Made by a program: the position numbers and the translations under genes. Shown here in pieces: positions 1 to 9,900 of a DNA stretch of 20,000 bases. Below the pieces are notes generated by a model. That model ran no database searches and had not been told where the DNA came from. It worked only from the letters and a program-made list of their open reading frames with translations. The stretch spans positions 1,610,491 through 1,630,490 of the forward strand of contig JABVCE010000005.1 in NCBI GenBank assembly GCA_014905635.1. Direction: 5' to 3'. This DNA comes from Scenedesmus sp. PABB004 (Eukaryota). Positions within the stretch are counted from its first letter, which is position 1; every line of letters starts with the position of its first letter.

Positions 1-591
1 CGACGGCGCGGCGGCGGCGCGCCGGGGCCCAGGCGCGGCGGCAGCGTCGGCGCCGGAGCCGGCCTGGGCCGTGTTTGGCGCGGGCCCCATGGTCGTCGAG
101 TACAACTGGGGCGAGCCGGCCGCGGCGCTGCGCGGCCGCGTGGCCGCCGCGGCGGCGGCGCGCCTCGGGGGACGGGCGCCGCTGCCGGCGGCGGCGGCGG
201 CGATGCCGCAGCAGCGGCGGCGGCGGCGGCGGCAGACGCGGTCGCGGCCACGGCCTTCGACGTGCTGGTGGCAGCGGACGTGCTGTATGACCCCGGCAGC
301 CACGCGGCGCTGCTGGACAGCCTGCGCGAACTCTGCGCGCCGCACACCCAGGTGCGCAGCAGGCCGGCCGCGCGCGCGCAGCGCTGGGGCGCGCGTGTGC
401 GGGCCTGGCGCCGAGCGCGGGCGCCGGCGCAGGTGTGGCTCGCCTACCGCGCGCGGGGCCTGGGCGAGGAGGCGTTCGAGGCGGCCGCCGCCGACGCGGG
501 CTGGGTGGTGGAGGCAGCGCCGCGCGAGTCGCTGCACACAGAGTTCAGCGGCGGCGACTACCGCGTGCTGCGCCTCGCGGCGGTGGGCTGA
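1..591 (+). CDS. 3' part of a class I SAM-dependent protein lysine methyltransferase (Methyltransf_16 / METTL21-EFM-like); 5' end outside window; intron 352-432; apparent 1-nt frameshift near G-run 167-171
   Basis: Motifs VVEYNWGE (L-D-W-G-like), FDVLVAADVLYD (DxxY motif), then LLDSLRELCAPHTQ|VWLAYRARG...F; GT-AG intron 352-432 (81 nt); TGA 589-591. The YNWG and AADVLYD motifs are in different frames. Confidence 0.8.
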   Translation, partial: RRRGGGAPGPRRGGSVGAGAGLGRVWRGPHGRRVQLGRAGRGAARPRGRRGGGAPRGTGAAAGGGGGDAAAAAAAAAADAVAATAFDVLVAADVLYDPGSHAALLDSLRELCAPHTQVRSRPAARAQRWGARVRAWRRARAPAQVWLAYRARGLGEEAFEAAAADAGWVVEAAPRESLHTEFSGGDYRVLRLAAVG

Positions 592-618
592 GCGCTGCGT
601 TGCCTCACCGGCTGACCG

Positions 619-862
619 CGCGCCGGACAGCCTGCTCGGCCTGGTCAACGGCTCCCTGCGCATGGCGCACAGGCGAGGCGGCGGCGCGGCGGCGCCGGCG
701 TCGCGGCGAGCGGGCGTGCCGACCGCCCGGCGCCGCGCGCGCAGGGTCGCGCTGCGCTTCATCGCGCTGCGCGAGGACTTTAGGACGGCCAAGGTGGACG
801 GCAAGACGCTGCAGGAGCTCTTCTCCGGCGAGGGCATGGAGGGCCAGCTCGGGGCGCGCTGA
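619..862 (+). pseudogene. SEC10: 5'-truncated duplicate of the last ~56 codons of SEC10 (GC-AG intron 673-744 retained)
   Basis: APDSLLGLVNGSLRMAHR|VALRFIALREDFRTAKVDGKTLQELFSGEGMEGQLGAR*; differs from the intact gene by D>V (GAC>GTC) and three synonymous changes; no upstream SEC10 exons. Confidence 0.88.
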
Positions 863-942
863 GCGGCGTGTCGTTTGCGTGTTTTTCCTTTGTTTTGCGT
901 CGCATGCGTGCGGCGCGCGGTGGCAACTTTTTCGGCGAGATT

Positions 943-947
943 TGTAA
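943..947 (+). terminator. TGTAA chlorophyte-type polyadenylation signal (repeat copy 1)
   Basis: TGTAA ~80 nt after the SEC10-fragment stop, in T/G-rich UTR-like sequence; UGUAA is the established Chlamydomonas-type poly(A) signal. Confidence 0.65.
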
Positions 948-1111
948 CATGTTTGTGCGTTCGAGGGGGGTGTTTTGGGGTGGTCAGTTTGGCGATGTGG
1001 GGTGTTTGTTACGCTTGTGTGTTGCTGGTTATATGCGCTGCAAGCGCGTTCGGCTGCCAACTGTCCTTGGGAGCAGCCCCCCAATGGGATCCAGCCTGCG
1101 ATGTGTTGCAG

Positions 1112-1184
1112 GCCCGGTTAGCTCAGTCGGTAGAGCGCAAGGCTCTTAACCTTGTGGTCGTGGGTTCGAGCCCCACATCGGGCG
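1112..1184 (+). tRNA. trnK-CUU: tRNA-Lys (anticodon CTT), copy 1
   Basis: Acceptor stem GCCCGGT/ATCGGGC, D arm/A-box TAGCTCAGTCGGTAGAGC, anticodon arm CAAGG-CT-CTT-AA-CCTTG (CTT 1145-1147), T arm GTGGG-TTCGAGC-CCCAC; TTTT Pol III terminator at 1189-1192. Confidence 0.97.
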
Positions 1185-1907
1185 TCCATTTTGCACCGCA
1201 CACGCCCTGTTGAAGCCCCCACGCACGCCCCACGCACGCCCCGCGCCACGCCCGACCCAACGGGCCGCGCGCCGCGCCGCGCCGGCGCCCGAGCAGCCCG
1301 CGCCGCCGCACGCCGCGCCGCCGGCAGCCGCCGCGCCGCCGCGTCGCAGCCACCGGCGCGCGCGGCGGTGCGTGCTGAGCTGCCTGGGGCACAGGTACAC
1401 AGCCACAGGCAGGCCCCGCCGCTGCCGGCCCTGGGACGCGCCGCCCGCGTGCGCTGCCGGCGACGCGCGGCGGGCGCGGCGGCGCCGGGCTGGCACCTCG
1501 CGCCAAGTGGCTGCGGCACCGGTCAGCTGCCACCCTGCGGCTGGCCGGGAGCACCGCCGTCAGCCGTCAGCCCGCCCAGCGCGGCGGCCGGGTCGGCGCT
1601 CGCGCCCACGGCGGCGCAAGCGCGGGGGTTCAGCAGCCCGTGCAGACGCGCGCCATCTGCAGCGAGTGTCAGTCGCTCTTGAGACGGCGCGTGCTAGCCT
1701 CGCGGCGCGGGCAGACGCGGCGGAGCAGCGCCGCCGCTCCACGGTCGCCGCCGGCCGGCACTCGCCCCGCAGCGCCACTGTTCTCTGCCCCTCCGGCCGG
1801 CCGCGGTGCTGCCAGATGGTCCCCGGCTGAGCGCCGCGATCCGCGGCCCGCGCGCGGCGGCGCGGCAGCAGCGCCGCGCTCGTCGGCGCCGCCAACCGCC
1901 GCGCGCG

Positions 1908-4900
1908 ATGCCGGGCCACGCGTCCACGCCCGCGCTGATCAATCCCGAGTACTTCAAGGCCGACTTCAGCGTGGACGGGTTTTTGGTGAAGCTGACGCAG
2001 GACGTGCTCGAGCGCGGCGGCGCCGGCGGCGGCGGCGGCGGTGCGGGCGGCGCCGCGACGCGCGCCGATGGCGCGCCGATCAGCAACGAGGAGTGCGCGG
2101 CGGCCACCATTGACCGCGTGCAGCGCCTCATCAAGCGCTTCATCCAGGCGGAGTATGAGATCGCGTCGCTGGGGCAGGACGTGACCGCGAAGCTCGCCGA
2201 GCTGCACGGCGCCGCCGACGCTGACGAGGCGCACTACAAGGCGCGCCCACGCGGCGGCGGCGCGGCACTGGGGCGGGCGGGCGGGCGGCGGCCGCGTGCC
2301 GGGGCCGCGCGGGCGGCGTGCCGCGCCGCCGACCCCGCCGGCCGCCGCACGCGCAGGCCGAGGTGCGCACGCTGGAGCGCCTGGCCGAGCGCATCAAGGC
2401 GGGCATCCGAGACATCGACGGCCGCGTGAGCGCGGTCAGCCAGACCGCCACGCGCGTCGGCGACCGCCTGCAGGTGCGTGTGCGCCGCGCCGCGCGCGGC
2501 TGCGCGCGCCCCGCCACGCCCCGCGCCGACGGCGCGCCGACGCCCCCGCGCGCAGACGGCGGAGGGCCTGCGCGTGCGCTGCCTGGAGGCGCAGGAGCTC
2601 ATCGCCCACCTGCAGGCATTCTCCTGCCACGCCGCGCCGGACGGAGACTGGGGCAAGCTGCCGCCGCTCTTCACCAACGACGCCACGTTCGCAGAGGCGG
2701 CGGTGCGCCGCGCCGCGCCGCCCCGCGCCGCCCGTGCTGGCCGCGCCATGCTGCCGTGTGCGCGGGCTGACCGGGGCTCCGCGCCCGCCGCCGCGGCGCG
2801 CGCAGGCGGTGAGCCGCCGTCTGGCGCTGCTGGCGGGCGACGTCGCGGCCGCGAAGCAGCGCACGCGGATGGGCGCGCCGCCGTTGGACTCGCCGAGCGC
2901 GCAGACGCCCGGCAACCTCGGCGGCATCGGCAGCGTGGAGCACACGCTGCGGGTGCGTGCTCCGCGGCGCGCGCCGACGCGCGCCGGCGCCCCGCACTTA
3001 CACACAGCCGCCACGCGGCTGTGCCGCGCGGCCACCGCCAACGTTTGCTCGCCGCCGCGGCGCCCGGCGCAGGTGCTCGAGGGTTACGCCAACTGGCTGG
3101 AGAACCGCGTGGTCGGCCGCTTCGATGCGGCGGTCGCGGACGACGACCTCGCCGGCCAGGCCGCGGCGGTGGCCATCATGACCGAGCTGGGCAAGGAGCG
3201 CAGCATCGCGCAGGTGCGGCGGCGCGCGGCGCGCACACGCGGGCGGGCGGCGGGCGCGGGGTGCGCGCCCCGCTCGCGCCCAGTTCACGCCGGCCTCGCG
3301 CGGCGCCGCCGCCGCCGCCGCGCCGCGCGCAGCGCTGGGTTGCGTCGCGGCCGATGTTCCTGGCGTTCTCGCCCGAGGTGCTCGACGACTGGGTGCGCCG
3401 CGCGAGCAAGCAGGCGCCGCCGCCGCCACGCGCCGGCGGCGGCGGCGACGGCGGCGACGGCGGCGACGGCGGCGAGGACGAGGGCGAGCAGGAGTGCGAC
3501 CTGGTGTCGCGGCAGGCGCGGGCGCTGGCGGCGCTGTTCCGCGACATGCACGCGAGCGTGAAGGACGACGTCGCCGCCGCGGCGTGTGTCTTCCGCGGCC
3601 CGTCCGGCCCCGGCCTGGTGCTGGAGATGTACCTCACTCGCCTGCTGGAGCAGAATGTGCAGGCGGCGCTGGAGCGGCTGCTGCTGCCGGGCGGCATGGG
3701 CATGGCGGCGCTCGCCGCGGCGGCGGCGGGCGCCGGCGGCGGCGGCGGCGCGGCCAGCGGCTCGGCCGGCGGCGCGGGCGGCGGCAGCGGCGGCGGCGCT
3801 CCCGGCCTCGCCGCGACGGGCGGGCTGGGCAGCTTCCGGGAGCGCGCGACCAGCTTCGCCGCGAGCTTCTCGGCCGGCGGCGCGGCGCCGGGCGGCGGCA
3901 GCGGGGGCAACCTCGCGGCGCTCGCGGGCAGCGCCGGCAGCGGCAGCACCGGCGGCGCCGGCCCGCCGCCGGCCGCGCTGCAGCGCGCGCAGCTGCGGCT
4001 GCTCGCGGAGGCGTATGGCAAGACCAGCCGCCTCGCGCTCAACCTGGAGCGCGCGGTGCGCGGCGTCGCGGCGGTGGACGTGCTGAGCATGGCCGAGAGC
4101 CTCTGGCCCGCCCTCCTGGGGGCCTACCCCTCCCTGGAGCTGGACTGGCTCGCGGCGGCGTGCGCGGAGGAGGTGCGGCGCGGGGGACGCGCCGGCGGCG
4201 CCGCCGGGGGCGGCAGCGCGCACGAGCTGGGCGGTGCCGCGCGCCGGCCACCGGCCGCGCCGCCGACCGCGCGCCGCGCCGCGCGCCCGCGCGCAGGCGG
4301 CGCAGCTGGACTCGCCGGAGCTGAGCGTGCCGTTCTGCCTGGCGCTGATGCGCAACAGCGCCGAGGCGACCGCGCGCGCGCTGAAGCTCAGCGGGCCGGC
4401 GCACGCGGCGCGCAGCGCCCGCATGCTCTTCCACCACCTCGTGGCGGCGCCGCCCGCGGCTGCAGCGGCAGCGGCGGGCGGCGCGGGCGGCGCCGGCGCG
4501 CCGGGCGACGCGGGCGCCGGCGGCGCCGGCGCCGCCGCCGGCGGCGCCGCGCCGGCCGCCCACCCGGGGTGCCTGCTGGAGCAGCTGGCCAGGTGCGCGC
4601 GCGCGCGCAGGCGGTCGGCCGCTGCGCCGCGCCGCGGGCTCGTCCCCGCGCCGCGCGCTCGCCCACGCGCCGGCGCGCCGCGGCGCAGGCACATCATCGG
4701 CGGCGTCGAGCACTCGCTCGACCTCTGCAGCGCCGGCGGCGGCGGCGGGCTGGGCGGGCTGCTCAAGCTCGGCTTTGGCTCCGCCACCGCCGCGAGCAGC
4801 CGCGACGCGGCCGCCGCGTTTGTGGGCGGCAAGGTCCGCAAGGCGCTCGAGGCGGCGCACGCCGCGGGCGGGGTCATGGCCGCGCTGCAGGTGCGCGGCG

Positions 4901-6190
4901 CCGCGGCCGCGCGCGCGCGGCGCGGCCCCCCGCGCGGCGGCGCGGGGCCGGCCCGAGCGCGCCGCGCCGCCGGCCCCCGGCTGCCGCCGCAGGCCCACTT
5001 CAGCGACGTCGTGTCGCCCGCGCTGGCGGCGAGCCCCGCGGAGCTGTCGGCGGCGAGCGGCGCCGCGCTGGCGCTCATGCGCGCGGCGGAGGGCAGCATC
5101 AGCGTGGTGCTGCGCAAGAGCGTCGACGCCTTCATGCTGCAGGCGCGCCGGGAGGGAGGGCGCGCCGAGCGCGCCGGGCGCGGCCGGGCGCTCAGGCTGG
5201 GCGGCTGCGCGGCGGCCGCGCGCAGCCTCCCCACCCGCCCGCCCGCCCGCCCGCCCACCCGCCCGCCCGAACGCCCGCCCGCCAGCTCGAGCGCGTGCTG
5301 GGCGGCGAGCAGCGCAAGGCCGACTTCATGCCCCGCGACAGCGCGGTCAGCTTCGACAAGCCCACGTCCGCCTGCCTCCTCGGCACCGCGCTGCTCGCGG
5401 CGCTCGGCAGCTCGGCGCGCGACACGCTCGCGGGCGCCAACCGGCGCGCCTTCCTCACCGAGGTGCGGCCCCGCGCCGCGCTCCCGCCCCGCTCTGGCGC
5501 GCCGGCGGGCGCCGCGGCGCCGCTCGCGCGCGCTGCCGCTCCGGCGCGCACCGGGCCGCGCCGCGCCGCGCCGCGCCGCCGCCGCCGCGCGCGCCAGGTG
5601 TCGCGGCGCACGCACGCGCTGCTGCTGGCGCACATGTGTCGCTTCAGCTTCAGCCCCATGGGCGCGCTCAAGTGGAAGGAGGACGTGAACGAGTACGCCG
5701 AGGTGCTCGCAGGTGCGGCGCGCGCGGGGCCGCGCTGCGCTGGGCCGTGGCGGGGGGCCGCGCTCCGCTGGGCCGCGGCGCTGGGCCGTGCAGGCGCCAC
5801 GACGCGGGGGCGTGACCCCGCCGCGCTGTGCACGACCGGCGGCCAGGCTTTGGCGTGCCCGCGGCCAACGACGACATGGCGCATCTGCAGCAGCTGGTCA
5901 ACGTCCTCGTCGTCGCGCCCGACAGCCTGCTCGGCCTGGTCAACGGCTCCCTGCGCATGGCGCACAGGCGAGGCGGCGGCGCGCGCGCGCACGGCGCACG
6001 GCGCGCGGCGGCCCGCGGCGCCTCGTCCCGGCGGCGAGCGGGCGTGCCGACCGCCCGGTGCCGCGCGCGCAGGGACGCGCTGCGCTTCATCGCGCTGCGC
6101 GAGGACTTCAGGACGGCCAAGGTAGACGGCAAGACGCTGCAGGAGCTCTTCTCCGGCGAGGGCATGGAGGGCCAGCTCGGGGCGCGCTGA
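1908..6190 (+). CDS. SEC10: Exocyst complex component SEC10 (EXOC5), 13 exons: 1908-2240, 2357-2473, 2556-2702, 2806-2952, 3073-3213, 3333-4172, 4297-4592, 4689-4890, 4993-5142, 5286-5462, 5598-5712, 5847-5967, 6073-6190
   Basis: N-term FKADFSVDGFL; ATRVGDRLQ coiled coil; LEGYANWLENRVVGRFD; EQRKADFMP...DKPTSAC; C-term FSFSPMGALKWKEDVNEY...NVLVVAPDSL...RDALRFIALREDFRTAK resembles plant SEC10. All splice phases are consistent; 3 GC-AG introns (donors 2241, 5143, 5968). Confidence 0.92.
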
Positions 6191-6270
6191 GCGGCGCGTC
6201 GTTTGCGTGTTTTTCCTTTGTTTTGCGTCGCGTGCGTGCGGCGCGCGGTGTCCACTTTTTCGGCGAGATT

Positions 6271-6275
6271 TGTAA
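6271..6275 (+). terminator. TGTAA polyadenylation signal of SEC10
   Basis: TGTAA 80 nt downstream of the SEC10 stop in a T-rich UTR. Confidence 0.7.
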
Positions 6276-6439
6276 CATGTTTGTGTCCTCGAGGGGGGTG
6301 TTTTGGGGTGGTCAGTTTGGCGATGTGGGGTGTTTGTTACGCTTGTGTGTTGCTGGTTATATGCGCTGCAAGCGCGTTCGGCTGCCAACTGTCCTTGGGA
6401 GCAGCCCCCCAATGGGATCCAGCCTGCGATGTGTTGCAG

Positions 6440-6512
6440 GCCCGGTTAGCTCAGTCGGTAGAGCGCAAGGCTCTTAACCTTGTGGTCGTGGGTTCGAGCC
6501 CCACATCGGGCG
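6440..6512 (+). tRNA. trnK-CUU: tRNA-Lys (anticodon CTT), copy 2
   Basis: Identical to 1112-1184; followed by TCCA-TTTT terminator. Confidence 0.97.
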
Positions 6513-6772
6513 TCCATTTTGCACCGCACACGCCCTGTTGAAGCCCCCACGCACGCCCCACGCACGCCCCGCGCCACGCCCGACCCAACGGGCCGCGCGC
6601 CGCGCCGCGCCGGCGCCCGAGCAGCCCGCGCCGCCGCACGCCGCGCCGCCGGCAGCCGCCGCGCCGCCGCGTCGCAGCCACCGGCGCGCGCGGCGGTGCG
6701 TGCTGAGCTGCCTGGGGCACAGGTACACAGCCACAGGCAGGCGCCGCAGCTGCTGGCCCAGGGGACGCCGTG

Positions 6773-6778
6773 TATAAA
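6773..6778 (+). promoter_or_regulatory. Candidate TATA box of the amidase gene
   Basis: TATAAA, conspicuous in very GC-rich DNA, ~160 nt upstream of ATG 6932/6941. Confidence 0.5.
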
Positions 6779-6940
6779 CGCGCGCCGCGCGACGCTCGAC
6801 GTGACGCATGAGGGTTCTGCAGCCCCCTTTGCGCCGATCGCGCGGTCGCGTTGGCGCAGAGGCACGTTTGTCGTGCCCACCAGCGCCCGCTAACAGCTCG
6901 CCGAGCCCAGCCTGGTGCGACCACCGCCCCCATGCCCGTC

Positions 6941-9900
6941 ATGGCGAAGATTCACGTCACGGCGCGCTGGTGAGCAGTCGTACGCGCGCTCACGCACCTG
7001 AAGGTCGCGGCTGGCAGCGATCGCGCCGCGGATTGGCGGGGGGAGCGCGCGAGCGTTCGAGGTGGCCTGTCCGCGCAGGGCACCCGCCCGGCCGCAGCCG
7101 CGGTCGCAATGGCCTTTGTGATGCAACTCTTGCGCGATGCGCCGGCTGCCGCGGCGCGATCGCCGCTCCAGCGGCTAGGGTTTCGGCGCTGGGCGACGCC
7201 GGCCAGTGACTGGCGGCCGCGTCACTCCAGCTCCGCCCTGACCTCCCCTCGCCCCTCCCCCGCGCCCCCCAACCGCGCCCCGCAGCCTGACGGCGCTGCT
7301 GGCCCTGCTGGCTGCGGCGGCCCCGGCGCCCGCGCGCGCGCAGCCGGCTGCGTGCCGCGCGGGCGCCGGCGCGGCGGGCGTGGTGACCGAGTCGGGCAAG
7401 AAGCCCTCGTTCCGCCTCGCCGCCAACGCGTCCACGGTGCGCCGGCGGCAGCGCGCAGGGCAGCCGTCCGCCGCGGGCGCGGCCGGGGGGGCGGCGCGCC
7501 GCCCAGCACGCGCTTTGACCGCGCCGCACGCCACCCCGCGTAATGGACCTAGGTCCATTGGGGCTATTTCTTCGAGTCGCTCAAGCCCAACCTCGTGGTG
7601 CCCTCCGGCGCCGAGGTGGTCATCGAGATGATCACCCACCACGCCGGCGACGACCCGGACAAGATGATCCGAGGCGACCCCGGCGTGGAGTCCATCTACG
7701 AGTGGGGCGCCAAGATGGCCATCCCCGCGCGCGGCGCGACCGGCCAGGGTGCGCGCGCGCGGGCGGCGGGCCTCGGAGCGCGCGCGCGGGGGACGACGAG
7801 GCGCCGCCGCTCACGGCGCCGCCGCCGCCGCCGCCGCGCAGGCGACGGCGTGCACATCCTCACCGGCCCCGTGTACGTCTGCGGCGCGGAGCCGGGCGAC
7901 GTGCTGCAGGTCGAGATCCTGGACCTCTGGCCGCGCAAGAACCCCCGCACGGGCAAGGTGTGGCATTGTTGGCGCGTGGGGCGCGGCGCGCGGGGCGGCC
8001 AGCACGCGCCGCGGCAGGCGGCGGCTGAGCGCGCCGCGCCGCGCCGCGCCGCGCCGCGCGGGCGCAGACGTACGGCTCCAACGCCGCCGCGTGGTGGGGC
8101 TACCAGTTCCGCACGCCCTACAAGACCGGTGCGCGGGGGCAGGGGCGCCGTGCGGCCGCCGGTCGTGCACGCTGCCGACGGCCGCGCCGCCCCGACGTTG
8201 CCGCCGCCGCCCCGACTTGCGGTTGGCGCCGCGGCTGCGCCACACAGGCACAAAGCGCGAGGTGACCACGATCTACGAGGTCGCGTACGACGCGGCGGGC
8301 GCGCCGCTCTTTGCCACGCCCGACTACAGCTTCACCTACGGCAACACGCCCGCGTACAAGGGCCCCAAGACCAAGTCCTGCGTCCCGAAGTCGGGCGTGC
8401 TGCCCCAGACCACCGTGCCCGTCACGTGGGCGTCCACGTACAAGTGAGCGAGCCGCGCGCGCGCGGCGGGGGAGGGGGCCCGCCGCGCCCACACGCCGGG
8501 CGCGGGCGCGCCCCAGCGCTTCGCCGCCGACTGCCCGCCGCCGCGCCGCGCCGCGCGCCCCGGCCTCGCCGCGCCCCGCCCGGGGGCACACCGTTATCGC
8601 CCAGGTACGCGCCGGACATTTCGGCACCGTGTGTTGACGGCTCCCAGCAGTTCACCGGCTACGGCTACCCCGGCCTGCTCACACAGCACCCCACGGGCAC
8701 CGAGGACTACAGCATCAGGGTGCGCGCCGGCGCCGCGCGCCGGGGGCCCCGCGGCCGGCCGGCCGGCCGACCGCAGCCCCGCGCCGCCGCCGCCCGCGCC
8801 CCGCGTCACGCCGCGGCGCCGCGCGGCCGAAGGGGAGGTTCGTTGTCCCCCTCAACCTGCATATTGGGAACATCGGTCTGGCTCCGCGCTACAAGGTGCG
8901 CAGCCGCGGCGGCAGCCTGCGCGCGCGGCAGCGACGGCGCCCGGCGGCGGGCGACGCCGCGGCCGCCCCTGCCGCCCACCCCGCCGCCCGCAACCCCCCC
9001 ACACGCACAGCCCAACGAGGCCGTCAACAGCATCCCCCCGACCCGCACGGGCGGCAACATGGACAACCGCCGCGTCGGCAAGGGCGCGACGCTCTACTTC
9101 CCCGTCGAGGCGCGCGGCGGCGCGCGGCGCACAGCGCGCGGCGCACAGCGCAGCGGCCCGCCACACGCGTGAGCGCGCCCCCGACGCCCCCCCCCTCCCC
9201 TCCCCGCGCCGCGCAGGTCGCGGGCGCGCTGCTGTCGGCGGGCGACGCGCACGTCGCGCAGGGCGACTCTGAGTTTGACGGCACGGGCATCGAGACGAGC
9301 GTGACGGGGCGCTTCAAGCTCACGCTGCACAAGGCGGGCAAGCTGCCCAAGCTCGTGCGGGTGCGGCGCGCGGCGCTGCGCGGGGGTGCGCGCCAGCGCC
9401 CCAGCCCTGCGCCCACGCGCGACCCGGCGCGCGCGCTGACGCCGTCGCCGCCGCTGCGCTGCCGCCGCCGCCGGCGCTGCAGGGCCTCGACTTTCCGCTG
9501 CTGGAGAACAAGAACGAGTTCATCGTGCACGGCTACGCGTACCGCAACTACCTCAAGGAGCTCGACCCGCCGGGCCAGGTCTTTGCCAAGGGGGCGAGCC
9601 TCGACAAGGCGTTCGAGGGTGCGCGCGCGCGCGCGCGCGGGGTTGAACTCGCGTCTCCAAACGCACGGCCAGGGGCGCCGCGCCGCGGCCGACGCGCCGG
9701 CGCCCCCGACGCGCCGCCGGCGCGCCGCGCACGCGGCGCCGCGCAGGCGTGTACGCCAACGCGCGCGACTGGCTGATGTCGGCCTTTGACCTCACCGAGG
9801 ACATGGCCATCACGCTGCTCACGGTCGCGTGTGACTTCCAGGTCCACCAGGTCGTCGACGGCAACTGGGGCATGGGCGTGAGCTGCCCCAAGGTGCGGCG

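Larger units (their letters stand above)
619..1439 (+). repeat. Direct repeat copy 1 (~820 bp) of 5914-6768: SEC10 3' end, 3' UTR, tRNA-Lys and downstream DNA
   Basis: Aligned by eye: 619-960 matches 5914-6288 with scattered substitutions and a net 33-nt intron length difference; 961-1414 appears identical to 6289-6742; diverged tail to ~1439/6768. Confidence 0.97.
5914..6768 (+). repeat. Direct repeat copy 2 (native SEC10 3' end + tRNA-Lys + downstream)
   Basis: Matches 619-1439; offset 5295 before and 5328 after the intron indel. Confidence 0.97.

Noticed and set aside
583..630. Cryptic intron (GT 583, CTGAC 612, CAG 630) fusing the intact methyltransferase to the SEC10 tail
   Set aside because: Only 48 nt long, with a branch point very close to the acceptor, and the phase does not enter the SEC10 frame.
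1217..1253. Short tandem CCCCACGCACG units after the tRNA; CRISPR-like array considered
   Set aside because: Only 2-3 adjacent degenerate units, no spacers, eukaryotic context.
1112..1439. tRNA-derived SINE
   Set aside because: The tRNA cloverleaf is intact and followed immediately by a TTTT terminator; no A-rich tail or TSD; homology extends ~490 bp upstream of the tRNA.
2478..6125. 1215-aa and other long Ala/Arg/Pro/Gly-rich ORFs on both strands
   Set aside because: Stop-codon scarcity at very high GC; they run through introns and shift in and out of the true SEC10 frame. The same applies to antisense ORFs such as 3285-5633, 10503-12356 and 12534-14405.
619..6768. LTR retrotransposon or integrative element suggested by long direct repeats plus a tRNA
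   Set aside because: No TG...CA termini, target-site duplication, or gag/pol/integrase/recombinase; the repeats consist of host SEC10 exons and the interior is SEC10 itself.
7109..7285. ATG 7109 as the amidase start
   Set aside because: No strong phase-compatible donor; exon 6941-6969 has a consensus GTGAGC donor in the right phase and completes the signal peptide, placing 7109 in intron 1.
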